Part shown: one piece after another, positions 30,256 through 39,177 of the stretch
Layout: every line of letters begins with the position of its first letter
Numbering within the stretch: position 1 is the first letter of the stretch
Source: an uncultured Rothia sp.
GTDB lineage: Bacteria > Actinomycetota > Actinomycetes > Actinomycetales > Micrococcaceae
DNA length: 64,000 nucleotides
Assembly: GCA_946221065.1 (NCBI GenBank)
Contig: CAMIIO010000002.1
Location: forward strand, 1,104-65,103
Direction: 5' to 3'
Notes under the pieces: generated by a model
Databases searched by the model: none
Told to the model about the DNA's origin: nothing
Seen by the model: only the letters and a program-made list of their open reading frames with translations
Translations under genes and position numbers: made by a program

Positions 30256-31878
30256 CTATTCCACTCGTTTCACAATAAAAATGCTTCCGATTTGTCGCTC
30301 TACTTGATAGTTTGCCGGGTAGCGCTCGTTAGCGTAAGAGGCAGGGTCTTTGGGCGGGTTGCCACCCCATGCCGTTCCGGCGCGATCAATGACCACATAA
30401 TCGGGTGCCGGTTCGCCCTCATGCGAAATCCAGTACACGGTATGTTCGGGCACAAGGTAGGTGAGAATACTCAAGTCGGAAGCCACCACAGCACCTGCCG
30501 GGATGGCGTCCACGGCTTGCTGCTTCATCTGATCTGTTGCGGAAAGTTGTGTGGTGGCAAAGGCAGGTTTAGTAAGGGACCATAGCGGAGCCTGCGGGAG
30601 CATAGCTGCTGCAACACCAAATGCCACCGCAGAAAACACCCATTGAAAAGCCGGTTTATCGAATAGGTGCAGGTCCCGAGCCGAATACCTGACAGACGCG
30701 CTACCGCTTGTTCGGTGCGGCTTGCCCTCCGCGACGACGTTGTTACGTCGCTGAATCGCATCCACAAGAGCTATAAACACCACGGGCATTAGAACGAGCG
30801 AATAATGCCAGGTAGATTCCCAGTACCCGTGGTTAGGCGAGAGGAAACGCCACATTAAAGTGGGTAGGGCTACCAGAGCAATCGGAGAACATATCCACGC
30901 TCCGGCCCCAGCCAGCAAAAGTAGCCCCAGGCTCTTGGATTTTACCCACGGATAGAAAAGCTGAGAGAAAGCACCTAGCGGATCCGCCACGGCAGCACCC
31001 ACATCAATCTTGTCTGCGTAGTCGAATTGTCCGGCGTTGTTGAAGAACGGCAGGATAAAGCCCACAGCTAGCGCTGCCCAAGCTACACCCCAGATGAGTA
31101 GCATGGAGGATTCTAACAATGCCCCTCGACGCAGAAGAGTGCGGGAAGCAGCGGAGAGTCGTTCTCCTATGGTTGGAGTTTTTTGATTCTCTGAACGTAA
31201 CGGAACAAGGACGTTGAAGAGGGCGGGCAGGGATCGTGTACGAATGAGTGCAACCACGCCAATAGCCAGCACTGTAATGCCCAGGTCTTCTTTCACAAAA
31301 ACTAGGGGCATAGCCCATAGCACAGCCTTACGAACCTGCAGAGAAGGTTGGGGTGTAAAGCGTGCACATGCCAGGTTCCCCAAAGAAAGCACCAAGAAGG
31401 GCAGGGCAAAAGCTACTTCGTGAAATTGTACGGAAATAGCATTTTGGACGCCGTAGCTCAACGCATACGCAGTCGAAATAAGAAGCGCTGGGATGGGTTT
31501 GAGTAGGCGTAGAGCAAAGAGTGCCAAGAAATATATGGATAGCGCAACCAACGCATTTTGCACGTAGAGCAGGGTAGCAGGTGAGGGAAATGCCCAATAA
31601 AACGGGGCAAGCACAATCAAAATAGGGTGGAAGTGATCTCCCCAGAGATTAAATCCTGCCCCCTTGATGGGCACGATAGGCGGAAATTCGCCCCGCGCAT
31701 AGGCTTGGGCAAGCTGGCTAAAGATACCAAGATCCCACGAGGGGGTGACGAAATGTTTGTATTGAAAAAAGGAATAGGTGCTGTATATTGCAAAACTTAT
31801 CAGCGCCGTGAGGGCCGCGAGTACTCGATGGCGCGCGGGAAGAACCGGACGTTGGGTACTCTGGAGCGCGCGCTTCAT
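30256..31878 (-). CDS. DUF2079-like polytopic membrane protein (putative GT-C-type glycosyltransferase)
   Basis: 540 aa with about 12 TM helices and a periplasmic-type C-terminal domain. The family assignment is from memory of the N-terminal pattern 'YKHFVTPSWDLGIFSQ'. Confidence 0.5.
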   Translation of the reverse strand: MKRALQSTQRPVLPARHRVLAALTALISFAIYSTYSFFQYKHFVTPSWDLGIFSQLAQAYARGEFPPIVPIKGAGFNLWGDHFHPILIVLAPFYWAFPSPATLLYVQNALVALSIYFLALFALRLLKPIPALLISTAYALSYGVQNAISVQFHEVAFALPFLVLSLGNLACARFTPQPSLQVRKAVLWAMPLVFVKEDLGITVLAIGVVALIRTRSLPALFNVLVPLRSENQKTPTIGERLSAASRTLLRRGALLESSMLLIWGVAWAALAVGFILPFFNNAGQFDYADKIDVGAAVADPLGAFSQLFYPWVKSKSLGLLLLAGAGAWICSPIALVALPTLMWRFLSPNHGYWESTWHYSLVLMPVVFIALVDAIQRRNNVVAEGKPHRTSGSASVRYSARDLHLFDKPAFQWVFSAVAFGVAAAMLPQAPLWSLTKPAFATTQLSATDQMKQQAVDAIPAGAVVASDLSILTYLVPEHTVYWISHEGEPAPDYVVIDRAGTAWGGNPPKDPASYANERYPANYQVERQIGSIFIVKRVE

Positions 31879-32158
31879 TTATTCTCGCTTCATCGGGGTA
31901 CATTTTGCTTTATCCAGGCTAACTGAGTTGGCTTTGTTCTGTCCCTTCCACGCTGGAATTCATGTAAAAATTACTATCGTGTACAGCACTAGCCTTACCA
32001 TTGTTCCCCCGTTTCCCGTGAGTCTGCCTAGCGTTCTTGCTCCGTTGCAGCGAGGCCGGCAGGACCCTATTACTCAACGCGGACGCGGTAATCCCCGAAG
32101 TATTTGGACGAGCACTACCGTAAACCGCACCCCGATTGTGTTACGCTTTGAGCAGAAG

Positions 32159-32902
32159 ATGGCTCCCAGCTCATCCTTAGCTGAACGATTATTGACACCT
32201 ATTCAGATACACCTTTGGGCAGAACACACTCCCTCAGCCCTAGGAGATATAGAGCAATTGTGCCAGGAGCTGCCGGGATGGGTTGGTGCATACGATAGCT
32301 GGGAAAAACTTAAACATCCTTCACTATGGAAGCTACTGCCTCGTTCACTACAGCGCGCTGGTAAAGAACACCCCGGCGTAAGGCTGGGGGCGAGCAACGA
32401 TATTTTCAAGCATGCGGTGAATGCCATCACCGAGCAGCGTGTTACCGGTATTGAAGCCATGGGCGGGCTTCGGCGGATTCTTCGCATATACGGTACCCCG
32501 CTCCCCCGCACGGGCTTTTCGGATCAGCCACTAAATATGGTCTTTTTCCCTTCACCTCATACCATCGCCGGCATTCCTTCGTGGACGTGGCATACCGCTG
32601 GGTACGATAGGGCGCGATCCGAAACTATCGTGAGGTACGCCAGTCAAGCGGAAAGTATTGAGCGTTTGGGGCGCACTCACGACGTCGCAGAATTAGCTCA
32701 AGCACTGTACAGCATTTCGGGAGTGGGGCTCTGGACTATTGCAGAGATTCTTCAGCGTTCACATGGCCATCCGGATGCGGTGAGCGTGGGTGACTATCAT
32801 TTAGCTCACCACATCACCTGGATTTTCGACGGACGCCGAGGCAACGATTATAGAATGCTTGAGGTTCTTGCCCCCCCTTCGCCGGGCACCGTTATCGCGT
32901 GA
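32159..32902 (+). CDS. HhH-GPD DNA glycosylase (AlkA / 3-methyladenine glycosylase II-like)
   Basis: Helix-hairpin-helix 'GVGLWTIAEILQRSHGHPDAVSVGDYHL' with a catalytic Asp. The tracked ORF (31778) overlaps the upstream convergent gene; start set at the first ATG (32159), with a possible GTG at 32138. Confidence 0.7.
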   Translation: MAPSSSLAERLLTPIQIHLWAEHTPSALGDIEQLCQELPGWVGAYDSWEKLKHPSLWKLLPRSLQRAGKEHPGVRLGASNDIFKHAVNAITEQRVTGIEAMGGLRRILRIYGTPLPRTGFSDQPLNMVFFPSPHTIAGIPSWTWHTAGYDRARSETIVRYASQAESIERLGRTHDVAELAQALYSISGVGLWTIAEILQRSHGHPDAVSVGDYHLAHHITWIFDGRRGNDYRMLEVLAPPSPGTVIA

Positions 32903-32976
32903 TTGCCCTTGCTAAAGCCGCTGGCATTACCGAGCCGCGAACCGCTCCGCGCTTAGCACCACAAGACCACCGGGGG

Positions 32977-33016
32977 CATTAGCACATCGTTATATAACTG
33001 AAGGAACATTCCCGCA
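32977..33016. terminator. Putative bidirectional terminator hairpin between the glycosylase and thioredoxin genes
   Basis: 10-bp stem ctgaaggaac/gttccttcag with a 14-nt loop. Weak T-tract. Confidence 0.35.
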
Positions 33017-33088
33017 AGAACGTTCCTTCAGTTCAGTTGGGTTTAGCTAGCATCTGCCTAACATACCCAAGGCTACACATACTATGCC

Positions 33089-33508
33089 TTAGGACTGTTC
33101 CGAATTTTCTTTAGCTTCAGCTTCTGCAACCTGCTTGCGCACCTCGTCCATGTCCAAGTCACGAACAGCCTGAATAACCTGCCCCAGCTGAGAAGAGTTC
33201 AACGCGCCGGGCTGAGAAAAGACAAGCACACCCTCACGGAAAGCCATCAGAGTGGGGATTGAGGAAATTCCTGCAGCCGCAGCCAGCTCCTGCTGGTCTT
33301 CGGTATCAACCTTGCCAAAGGTAATATCTTGATGCTGCTCGGAAGCCTCTTCAAAAACGGGGCCGAACTGCTTACAGGGGCCACACCACTCCGCCCAAAA
33401 GTCCAGCAACAGAATATCGCTCTGTTCAACTGTTTGAGTCAAATTTTCCTGAGTAATTTCAATGGTAGTCATACGTTGAACACTACCGGGCAGCATACCG
33501 AGTGCCAA
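33089..33508 (-). CDS. trxA: Thioredoxin with a C-terminal extension
   Basis: 'WAEWCGPCK' active site. An alternative start lies at 33469 (MTTIEI). C-terminal charged tail of about 25 aa. Confidence 0.85.
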   Translation of the reverse strand: MALGMLPGSVQRMTTIEITQENLTQTVEQSDILLLDFWAEWCGPCKQFGPVFEEASEQHQDITFGKVDTEDQQELAAAAGISSIPTLMAFREGVLVFSQPGALNSSQLGQVIQAVRDLDMDEVRKQVAEAEAKENSEQS

Positions 33509-33669
33509 CTAATTTCACTGTCAATGAAGTTGCGGCACATAGTTCTTGCGAAAATCCCATTTTCTTGGGGTATAACCCAAAAAGATGAGACTAGAACAAG
33601 GATAGAACCTACCCTCACCGTTAGACAATAAAAAATCCTCACCCAGAACCTAGGTGAGGATCTTTGTCT

Positions 33670-33754
33670 TGGTGGCAGATGAGGGATTCGAACCCCCGTA
33701 GGCAGTGCCAGCTGATTTACAGTCAGCCCCCTTTGGCCGCTCGGGTAATCTGCC
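33670..33754 (-). tRNA. tRNA-Tyr (anticodon GTA), CCA encoded
   Basis: The reverse complement reads ggcagat-ta-cccgagcggccaaaggg-g-gctga-ctGTAaa-tcagc-long variable arm-gggggttcgaatccctc-atctgcc-a-cca. It is a class II tRNA with the conserved Tyr D-loop. Confidence 0.9.
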
Positions 33755-33875
33755 AAGACCAATTATTTGGTTATCTATCCACAAGAGCGAACGAGATAAC
33801 ACTACCGAATATTTTGGAAAAACCAAAATCCATTCAGGCTTTTGTGACCAAGAGTACTTTTGAAAGAGTTAGCGA

Positions 33876-34124
33876 CTACGCCGCCGCCAACACATTCACC
33901 TCACGGTCTTGCTCGGAAAGTAGCCAATTCTCAAAATTCATCAGGTACACACGAGCCTGATCCACGCTACACAAACCACAGTGCATTTCCTGCACAATAT
34001 TTTGCTGAACCCCCGCAAAACGCGAACGCAACTCCGGCTTCGTCAGCCGACCACCAAGAGTAAATAGTTCCGCTTCAATCTCAGCATCATGCGCGGCGAT
34101 GGAAGGGAGATATTCTGTTGTCAT
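33876..34124 (-). CDS. Small hypothetical protein (82 aa) with an 'HCGLC' CxxC motif
   Basis: A good RBS (AGGGGAT) sits immediately upstream of the ATG. GC3 is lower than in neighbouring genes. No family recognised. Confidence 0.4.
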   Translation of the reverse strand: MTTEYLPSIAAHDAEIEAELFTLGGRLTKPELRSRFAGVQQNIVQEMHCGLCSVDQARVYLMNFENWLLSEQDREVNVLAAA

Positions 34125-34310
34125 ATCCCCTATTGTTCTCCCCCAACATGAATTTCACCTGAAAAACCGGTCACATCTTTATAACAATATTGCGCATTAG
34201 CACCTGCAACTTTCGCAGTAACCCTGTACCTTAGAAGCATAAGGCAGGAACTTTCCACGTGCTCATACACCAAAAGACTGCCCCGCCACCTACTCACAGA
34301 AGGAGCCCAC

Positions 34311-34802
34311 ATGGCCAGCGAATCCTCATTCGACGTCGTCTCGAAGGTTGACTCCCAAGAAGTATCCAATGCCCTCAATCAGGCAGCCAAAGAAGTCTCC
34401 CAGCGCTATGATTTTCGCGGCGTAGGCGCTTCCATTGACTTCTCTGGCGAAAAAATCATGATTAAAGCCAACTCGGAAGAACGCGCCCTCGCAGTCCTAG
34501 ACGTATTCCAGTCCAAACTCGTCAAGCGCGGTATCTCTTTGAAATCGTTAGACGCCGGTGATCCTTACGCTTCCGGCAAGGAATACCGCATTGAATCTTC
34601 TATCAAAGAAGGTATTGCCCAGGATCAGGCCAAGAAAATCTCCAAGCTTATTCGAGATGAAGGCCCCAAGGGTGTTAAGGCAACAATCCAAGGCGATGAA
34701 CTTCGTGTCTCATCCAAGTCTCGTGATGACCTTCAAGACGTTATTGCACTCCTTAAAGGCGCAGATCTTGACGTTGACTTGCAGTTCGTCAATTACCGCT
34801 AA
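34311..34802 (+). CDS. yajQ: YajQ-family nucleotide-binding protein (UPF0234)
   Basis: 163 aa. Characteristic 'SFDVVSKVD…NA…QA.KE…RYDF' N-terminus and a two-domain YajQ pattern. Confidence 0.85.
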   Translation: MASESSFDVVSKVDSQEVSNALNQAAKEVSQRYDFRGVGASIDFSGEKIMIKANSEERALAVLDVFQSKLVKRGISLKSLDAGDPYASGKEYRIESSIKEGIAQDQAKKISKLIRDEGPKGVKATIQGDELRVSSKSRDDLQDVIALLKGADLDVDLQFVNYR

Positions 34803-34832
34803 ACTCTTATAGTTCTTAGCTAACAGAAGCCT

Positions 34833-34876
34833 ACGAGGGGCGGCATTCATCTGAAATGCCGCCCCTCGTTATTTAT
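34833..34876. terminator. Bidirectional intrinsic terminator between yajQ and htpX
   Basis: 13–15 bp stem (acgaggggcggcatt / aatgccgcccctcgt) with loop catctga, followed by gttatttatat. Confidence 0.7.
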
Positions 34877-34914
34877 ATAGTCATCCGCGGTTCTTCAACC
34901 ACTATGACGACGTG

Positions 34915-35805
34915 CTACAGCTGCCCCATCTGTCGCGCCTGGTTCTCCAAACGCGCAATGCGTTCCTCCATAGGCGGGTGCGTAGACATAAGCTTCTGCA
35001 AATCTTTTCCACGGAAAGGATTAGCAATCATCATTGCCGCGGTAGAAACGGTACGCTGATCGTCTGCCGACAGCGGGTAGCGACTATTTCCGTTCTGCAA
35101 CTTATGCAGTGCCGAAGCCAGCGCCAGCGGATCTTCAGTTAGCTGCGCGCCATCCTGATCGGCGTCATATTCACGGGTACGGCTAATAGCCATCTGCATA
35201 ATTCCCGTAGCAATAGGAGCAAGGAACGACATAAGGATAGCGACAATTACGTTTCCGCCCCCACCTTCACGATTGTTTCCGCCAAAGATTCCCGCAAAAC
35301 CTAAGAATTGGGCGATAGAAGTGATGACGGCGGCAATGGCGGAGGCAATAGAGCTGGTAAGGATATCGCGGTTATAGACGTGCATTAGCTCGTGCCCTAG
35401 TACTCCGCGCATTTCTCGTTCGTCCAGAAGTTGTAAGATACCCTCTGTGGCGCACACTGCCGCGTTTTGTGGGTTACGACCCGTGGCAAAAGCGTTAGGG
35501 GTAAGAGTTGGGGCCACATACAGCCGAGGCATAGGCTGATTAGCTTTAGCAGAGAGTTCTTCAACAATAGTGTAAAGCCCTGGAACCTGTTCCCGCGTTA
35601 CGGGATAAGCATTCATAGATTTAATGGCAATTTTATCTGAGTTCCAGTATGAATAAGCAACCATGCCCACACTAACCAGCGCCATAATCCAGATAAAGGC
35701 GCTACTCCGTGTAAGCCCCGCCAGGACGGCACCAATCATCAGCAGGAAGCCCACCATACCGCCAAGAAGTAGGGCTGTTTTTAGTCCATTATTGTGACGG
35801 TGCAT
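34915..35805 (-). CDS. htpX: Zinc metalloprotease HtpX (M48 family)
   Basis: 'HELMHV' zincin motif and two N-terminal TM helices. 296 aa. Confidence 0.9.
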   Translation of the reverse strand: MHRHNNGLKTALLLGGMVGFLLMIGAVLAGLTRSSAFIWIMALVSVGMVAYSYWNSDKIAIKSMNAYPVTREQVPGLYTIVEELSAKANQPMPRLYVAPTLTPNAFATGRNPQNAAVCATEGILQLLDEREMRGVLGHELMHVYNRDILTSSIASAIAAVITSIAQFLGFAGIFGGNNREGGGGNVIVAILMSFLAPIATGIMQMAISRTREYDADQDGAQLTEDPLALASALHKLQNGNSRYPLSADDQRTVSTAAMMIANPFRGKDLQKLMSTHPPMEERIARLENQARQMGQL

Positions 35806-35896
35806 GTATAAGTTTCCCCTCCGTACACGGCAACATTGTCTAGCTTCTAGAATATCGACTGCCTTATGGTGAGGATATTGGTTTTGCTATCAACGT

Positions 35897-35932
35897 AGAA
35901 AAGGGGCGAGCTATTAGCCCGCCCCTTTTTTC
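35897..35932 (-). terminator. Intrinsic terminator after the sigma/anti-sigma fusion gene
   Basis: Near-perfect 31-nt palindrome aaaaggggcgagctattagcccgcccctttt, flanked by A/T runs on both sides. Confidence 0.6.
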
Positions 35933-35946
35933 TGTAGTTACCGTGC

Positions 35947-38919
35947 TTAGGAAGCGCAGGTTACTGATTCAACTGAGTCAAATTGATAGATGGCCGCCAG
36001 CGAATAGTTAGTGTATTCGGCGCCAATCATCTTAGCTGGTAGCCAGACCTGGCTCTTAAGGCGCTTACCGTTCTCTACATAGATCATGGTGCACTGTTTG
36101 TTGTCGCCAACACCTGCTTTACCGATATTTTGCCAAGGAACACTCGCACGCCACTTTTTGAAATCCTTTGAACCGTACCAGGAAGGTACTGCGCCGGGGA
36201 GGCTAGGCTTCTCTGGGTGTACTGCTTTTCCTGGGTTTGCAGGAGTGACTGCCGGCTCGGTAGGAATGTCCTCTACCGGAGGCTCGGTATCTGCATAGTC
36301 AATGATGATCATAGGACCATCGACACCGGTTGGGGAGGTGGGATCAGTCGGATCAGCGGGATCAACAGGCGTTACCGGATCAACCGGATCAGTTGGCTGA
36401 GCAGGCTCAGTCGGATCGACAGGGTCAACCGGGTTAGTCGGCTGAGTTGGGTCAGCCGGATTAGTCGGTTCGGTCGGCTGAGTCGGTTCAGCGGGATTAG
36501 CTGGGTCTACGGGAGAAGGAGTTGCTTCCCCACCAGGATCCGCTGGGTTAGCCGGATCGACAGGCTCAACTGGGTCGGTCGGCTGAGTTGGGTCAGCAGG
36601 ATCAGCCGGGTTAGCGGGGTCGGTTGGCTCAACCGGGTCGGTCGGCTGAGTTGGGTCAGCCGGATCAGTTGGCTGAGTCGGATCAGCCGGATCAGTCGGT
36701 TCGGTCGGCTGAGTCGGATCAGCAGGAGTAGCTGGGTCTACAGGAGAAGGAGTTGCTTCCCCACCAGGATCCGCTGGGTTAGCCGGATCAACAGGGTCAA
36801 CCGGGTCAGTCGGCTGAGTTGGGTCAGCCGGATCAGCCGGTTCGGTCGGCTGAGTTGGATCCGCTGGGTTAGCGGGGTCGGTTGGCTCAACCGGGTCAGT
36901 TGGCTGAGTCGGATCAACCGGATCAACAGGCGTTACCGGATCAATCGGATCAGTTGGCTGAGTTGGATCAACAGGCGTTACCGGGTCAGTCGGGTCAATC
37001 GGTGCAACAGGATTAGCCGGGTCTACAGGAGAAGGAGTTGCTTCCCCACCAGGATCCGCTGGGTTAGCGGGGTCGGTTGGCTCAACCGGGTCAGATGGCT
37101 GAGTCGGATCAACCGGATCAACAGGCGTTACCGGATCAATCGGATCAGTTGGCTGAGTTGGATCAACAGGCTCAACTGGGTCGGTCGGCTGAGTTGGGTC
37201 AGCCGGATCAGTTGGCTGAGCAGAATCAGTCGGTGCAGCAGGATTAGCCGGCTCAACAGGAGAAGGAGTTGCTTCCCCACCTGAAATCTCTGGCTGTGCA
37301 GGAGTCTCCGGAGTAGCAGGAGTCACAGCAGGAACGTCATTGGTGACCGCTGCCGGCTGGTTATTATCATCAGCCCCCGGAGTTGCACGAGAACCCTCGC
37401 CCTGATCTCCAGCAGAGTTAATTCCACCTGGTTGTGAAGGCACATAGGTCGCCTCTGGAGAAGGAGCAAAAGAGCCCCCGTTCTGTCCCGAGAATCCATC
37501 GGTGGTTTCTACCAAGCTTGAACGACCCTGATCTGCGTCTGGCCAGAAACTATCTGCAGTAACCGTACTCAAGGCAGAGGCAACTCGTTCACCAGTAACA
37601 GTCACAGGATCTTGCGCAATAGCAGCAAGCAGGGAAGGAATAGAGCGATACTGCTCAGTCAACACAAGATCGTTAGGGGCACCATCTGCAAAAGATTGCT
37701 CTGAATGCATGGAACGACCACGAGCCGCACTCGATAAGCTAGGCTCCTTAGCCTGCGTGACAGCGGAACCATCGGCATTTTTAAAAGATTTAAACGGGTT
37801 GGTATCAAACTCTGCCCCCAGAGGAGACGGCGTCTCTTTAGCAACATGTTCTGATGAGCGCTTTTGATTTTTTCCAGGCAAGTTAGTCGAGTAACCATCC
37901 GCCGAAGTATTAGCAATAGAGCTCTCATTGGTGTTTTGCATCGCAATACCACTAACGATTGCCACGGTTGCCGCCGTTAAAGTAGCAGCACCCGCAATGA
38001 GCTGACCACTACTAGCCCAGGTTTTAGGAGAGAGAACGTGGATCCCCTCACCATTGGCAGGGTTAGTGTTAGCTTCATTGTAAGAAGTTGCGTCTCCACC
38101 GGGCAGAGCAGCCGCAGCAGCGAGAGCCACGATAGCAGCACCATCTGTAGTCCAGATAGATAGACCTGCAAGTACCGGGAAAATCCAGCTACGCATGGAC
38201 TTATTAATGCCCACGAGAGAAAGATATTCGGTAGTGCAATAGTTGCAGCTCTCCATGTGAGAGCGCAAAGCATCCGATCGTTTTTGACTCAACGACCCGC
38301 GCACATAGGGGCTAATATGTGAAGAGAAACGGTTACAGTCCGGGGTTGCAGGTGCGTTCTGATGAGCGCGCAGGAATCCCTCTTTAAGGCTTTCTTTAGC
38401 ACGCAACGCTAAAGCAGAGACAGCATTAGGGGAAAGGGCCATAGCTGTAGCAATTTCACGAGGCTTCTTTGCCTCGATTTCAGTAAGCCATAGAACCGTT
38501 TGCCAGCGTTCAGGCAAAGAAGTGAAGGCAGAAATAACTTCATCAGATTCATGAAGTTGAAGTACGGTTTCATCCAAAGTGCCCATTGCTTCTAGATGTT
38601 CCTGCTCGCTAGGAACTTCTTTAGCAGAGAGCAAACCGTATTCTCCTGCTAGGTGAGCGATGGTTGTGGCTAGGTAGCCACCCAAATATGAGTGGGGACC
38701 TTTACCGTTTTTAAGCGCTTGCAATATGCGGGCAAAGGCTTCAGAGACAATATCTTCGGCTTGATGCACATTAGAGGTGTGCTGAAAAGCGATAGCGCGA
38801 GCCATGGGGTAGTACCGTTCATACAGTTCCCCATAAGGCTCAAGCTTGCCTTCAAGCACTGCCGTGAGCAGTGCGGCATCGGTTCCTCCAGAGGCAGGAA
38901 GAGTGTGTTGCGATTGCAT
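35947..38919 (-). CDS. Single-polypeptide fusion of an ECF sigma-70-family factor, a ZAS-type (HxxxCxxC) anti-sigma domain and membrane segment(s), followed by about 330 aa of Pro/Asp/Thr-rich tandem repeats and a ~130-aa Cys-containing C-terminal domain
   Basis: Region σ2 ('PYGELYERYYPMARAIAFQHTSNVHQAEDIVSEAF') and σ4 ('LPERWQTVLWLTEIEAKKPREIATAMALSPNAVSALALRAKESL'). Then 'HMESCNYC' (HxxxCxxC) and hydrophobic segments ('WIFPVLAGLSIW…AAIVALAAAAAL', 'LIAGAATLTAATVAIVSGIAM'). Then (x-D/E-P)n triplet repeats with a 5× 'GGEATPSPVDPANP' anchor. No in-frame stop for 990 codons. GGGGGAA RBS. Confidence 0.75.
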   Translation of the reverse strand: MQSQHTLPASGGTDAALLTAVLEGKLEPYGELYERYYPMARAIAFQHTSNVHQAEDIVSEAFARILQALKNGKGPHSYLGGYLATTIAHLAGEYGLLSAKEVPSEQEHLEAMGTLDETVLQLHESDEVISAFTSLPERWQTVLWLTEIEAKKPREIATAMALSPNAVSALALRAKESLKEGFLRAHQNAPATPDCNRFSSHISPYVRGSLSQKRSDALRSHMESCNYCTTEYLSLVGINKSMRSWIFPVLAGLSIWTTDGAAIVALAAAAALPGGDATSYNEANTNPANGEGIHVLSPKTWASSGQLIAGAATLTAATVAIVSGIAMQNTNESSIANTSADGYSTNLPGKNQKRSSEHVAKETPSPLGAEFDTNPFKSFKNADGSAVTQAKEPSLSSAARGRSMHSEQSFADGAPNDLVLTEQYRSIPSLLAAIAQDPVTVTGERVASALSTVTADSFWPDADQGRSSLVETTDGFSGQNGGSFAPSPEATYVPSQPGGINSAGDQGEGSRATPGADDNNQPAAVTNDVPAVTPATPETPAQPEISGGEATPSPVEPANPAAPTDSAQPTDPADPTQPTDPVEPVDPTQPTDPIDPVTPVDPVDPTQPSDPVEPTDPANPADPGGEATPSPVDPANPVAPIDPTDPVTPVDPTQPTDPIDPVTPVDPVDPTQPTDPVEPTDPANPADPTQPTEPADPADPTQPTDPVDPVDPANPADPGGEATPSPVDPATPADPTQPTEPTDPADPTQPTDPADPTQPTDPVEPTDPANPADPADPTQPTDPVEPVDPANPADPGGEATPSPVDPANPAEPTQPTEPTNPADPTQPTNPVDPVDPTEPAQPTDPVDPVTPVDPADPTDPTSPTGVDGPMIIIDYADTEPPVEDIPTEPAVTPANPGKAVHPEKPSLPGAVPSWYGSKDFKKWRASVPWQNIGKAGVGDNKQCTMIYVENGKRLKSQVWLPAKMIGAEYTNYSLAAIYQFDSVESVTCAS
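36300..37290. repeat. About 1 kb imperfect tandem repeat DNA, 9-nt (xDP triplet) sub-period with about 180–290-nt higher-order units
   Basis: + strand motifs ggatcagccgg / ggtcagtcggctgagttgg recur dozens of times. It lies inside the coding region of 35947..38919 and the reading frame is maintained. Confidence 0.75.
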
Positions 38920-39144
38920 GAGTATTCCCCCAGATAGCTATACGCTGACCCTTCGTGCGAAAAGTCAGTTGATGCCCTCTTTGTTTTGATTGTCTGCGCT
39001 GTTCCCCAGCAGAAGTAACAGTTTCTTCTGCTCAGCCTCAGCATTTTTGGAGGACGTACCCTTAAATATACTCGATTTGAGGGCAATTGTAAGAACCCAA
39101 AGTATATATCCAGGTCACAGCGCGAGTGTATTACGGGGACAAAG

Positions 39145-39177
39145 GGCGGGTTTACACCCCTACAGTGTAAACCCGCC
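39145..39177. promoter_or_regulatory. Perfect 13-bp stem/7-nt loop hairpin in the long AT-rich region between the sigma-fusion gene and fur
   Basis: ggcgggtttacac-ccctaca-gtgtaaacccgcc. Lies about 226 nt upstream of the sigma-fusion start. No T-run follows on either strand. Confidence 0.4.

Noticed and set aside
31778-32158. N-terminal 127 codons of the tracked HhH-GPD glycosylase ORF
   Set aside because: This part overlaps the 3' end of the convergent DUF2079-like gene by about 100 nt and has no glycosylase-like features. Start moved to 32159 (or GTG at 32138).
33664-33960. 98-aa + strand ORF
   Set aside because: It overlaps the minus-strand tRNA-Tyr gene and its promoter. No RBS is present.
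36217-37284. 355-aa + strand ORF rich in Arg/Ser/Trp ('RISRFGRLSR…')
   Set aside because: An antisense shadow of the in-frame tandem repeat of the sigma-fusion gene. Its low-complexity periodic sequence is an artefact of the repeat.
36300-37290. Possible CRISPR array (regular short repeats)
   Set aside because: The repeats are contiguous with no unique spacers, are triplet-periodic, and lie in an intact reading frame with sigma and anti-sigma domains upstream. No cas genes are present.
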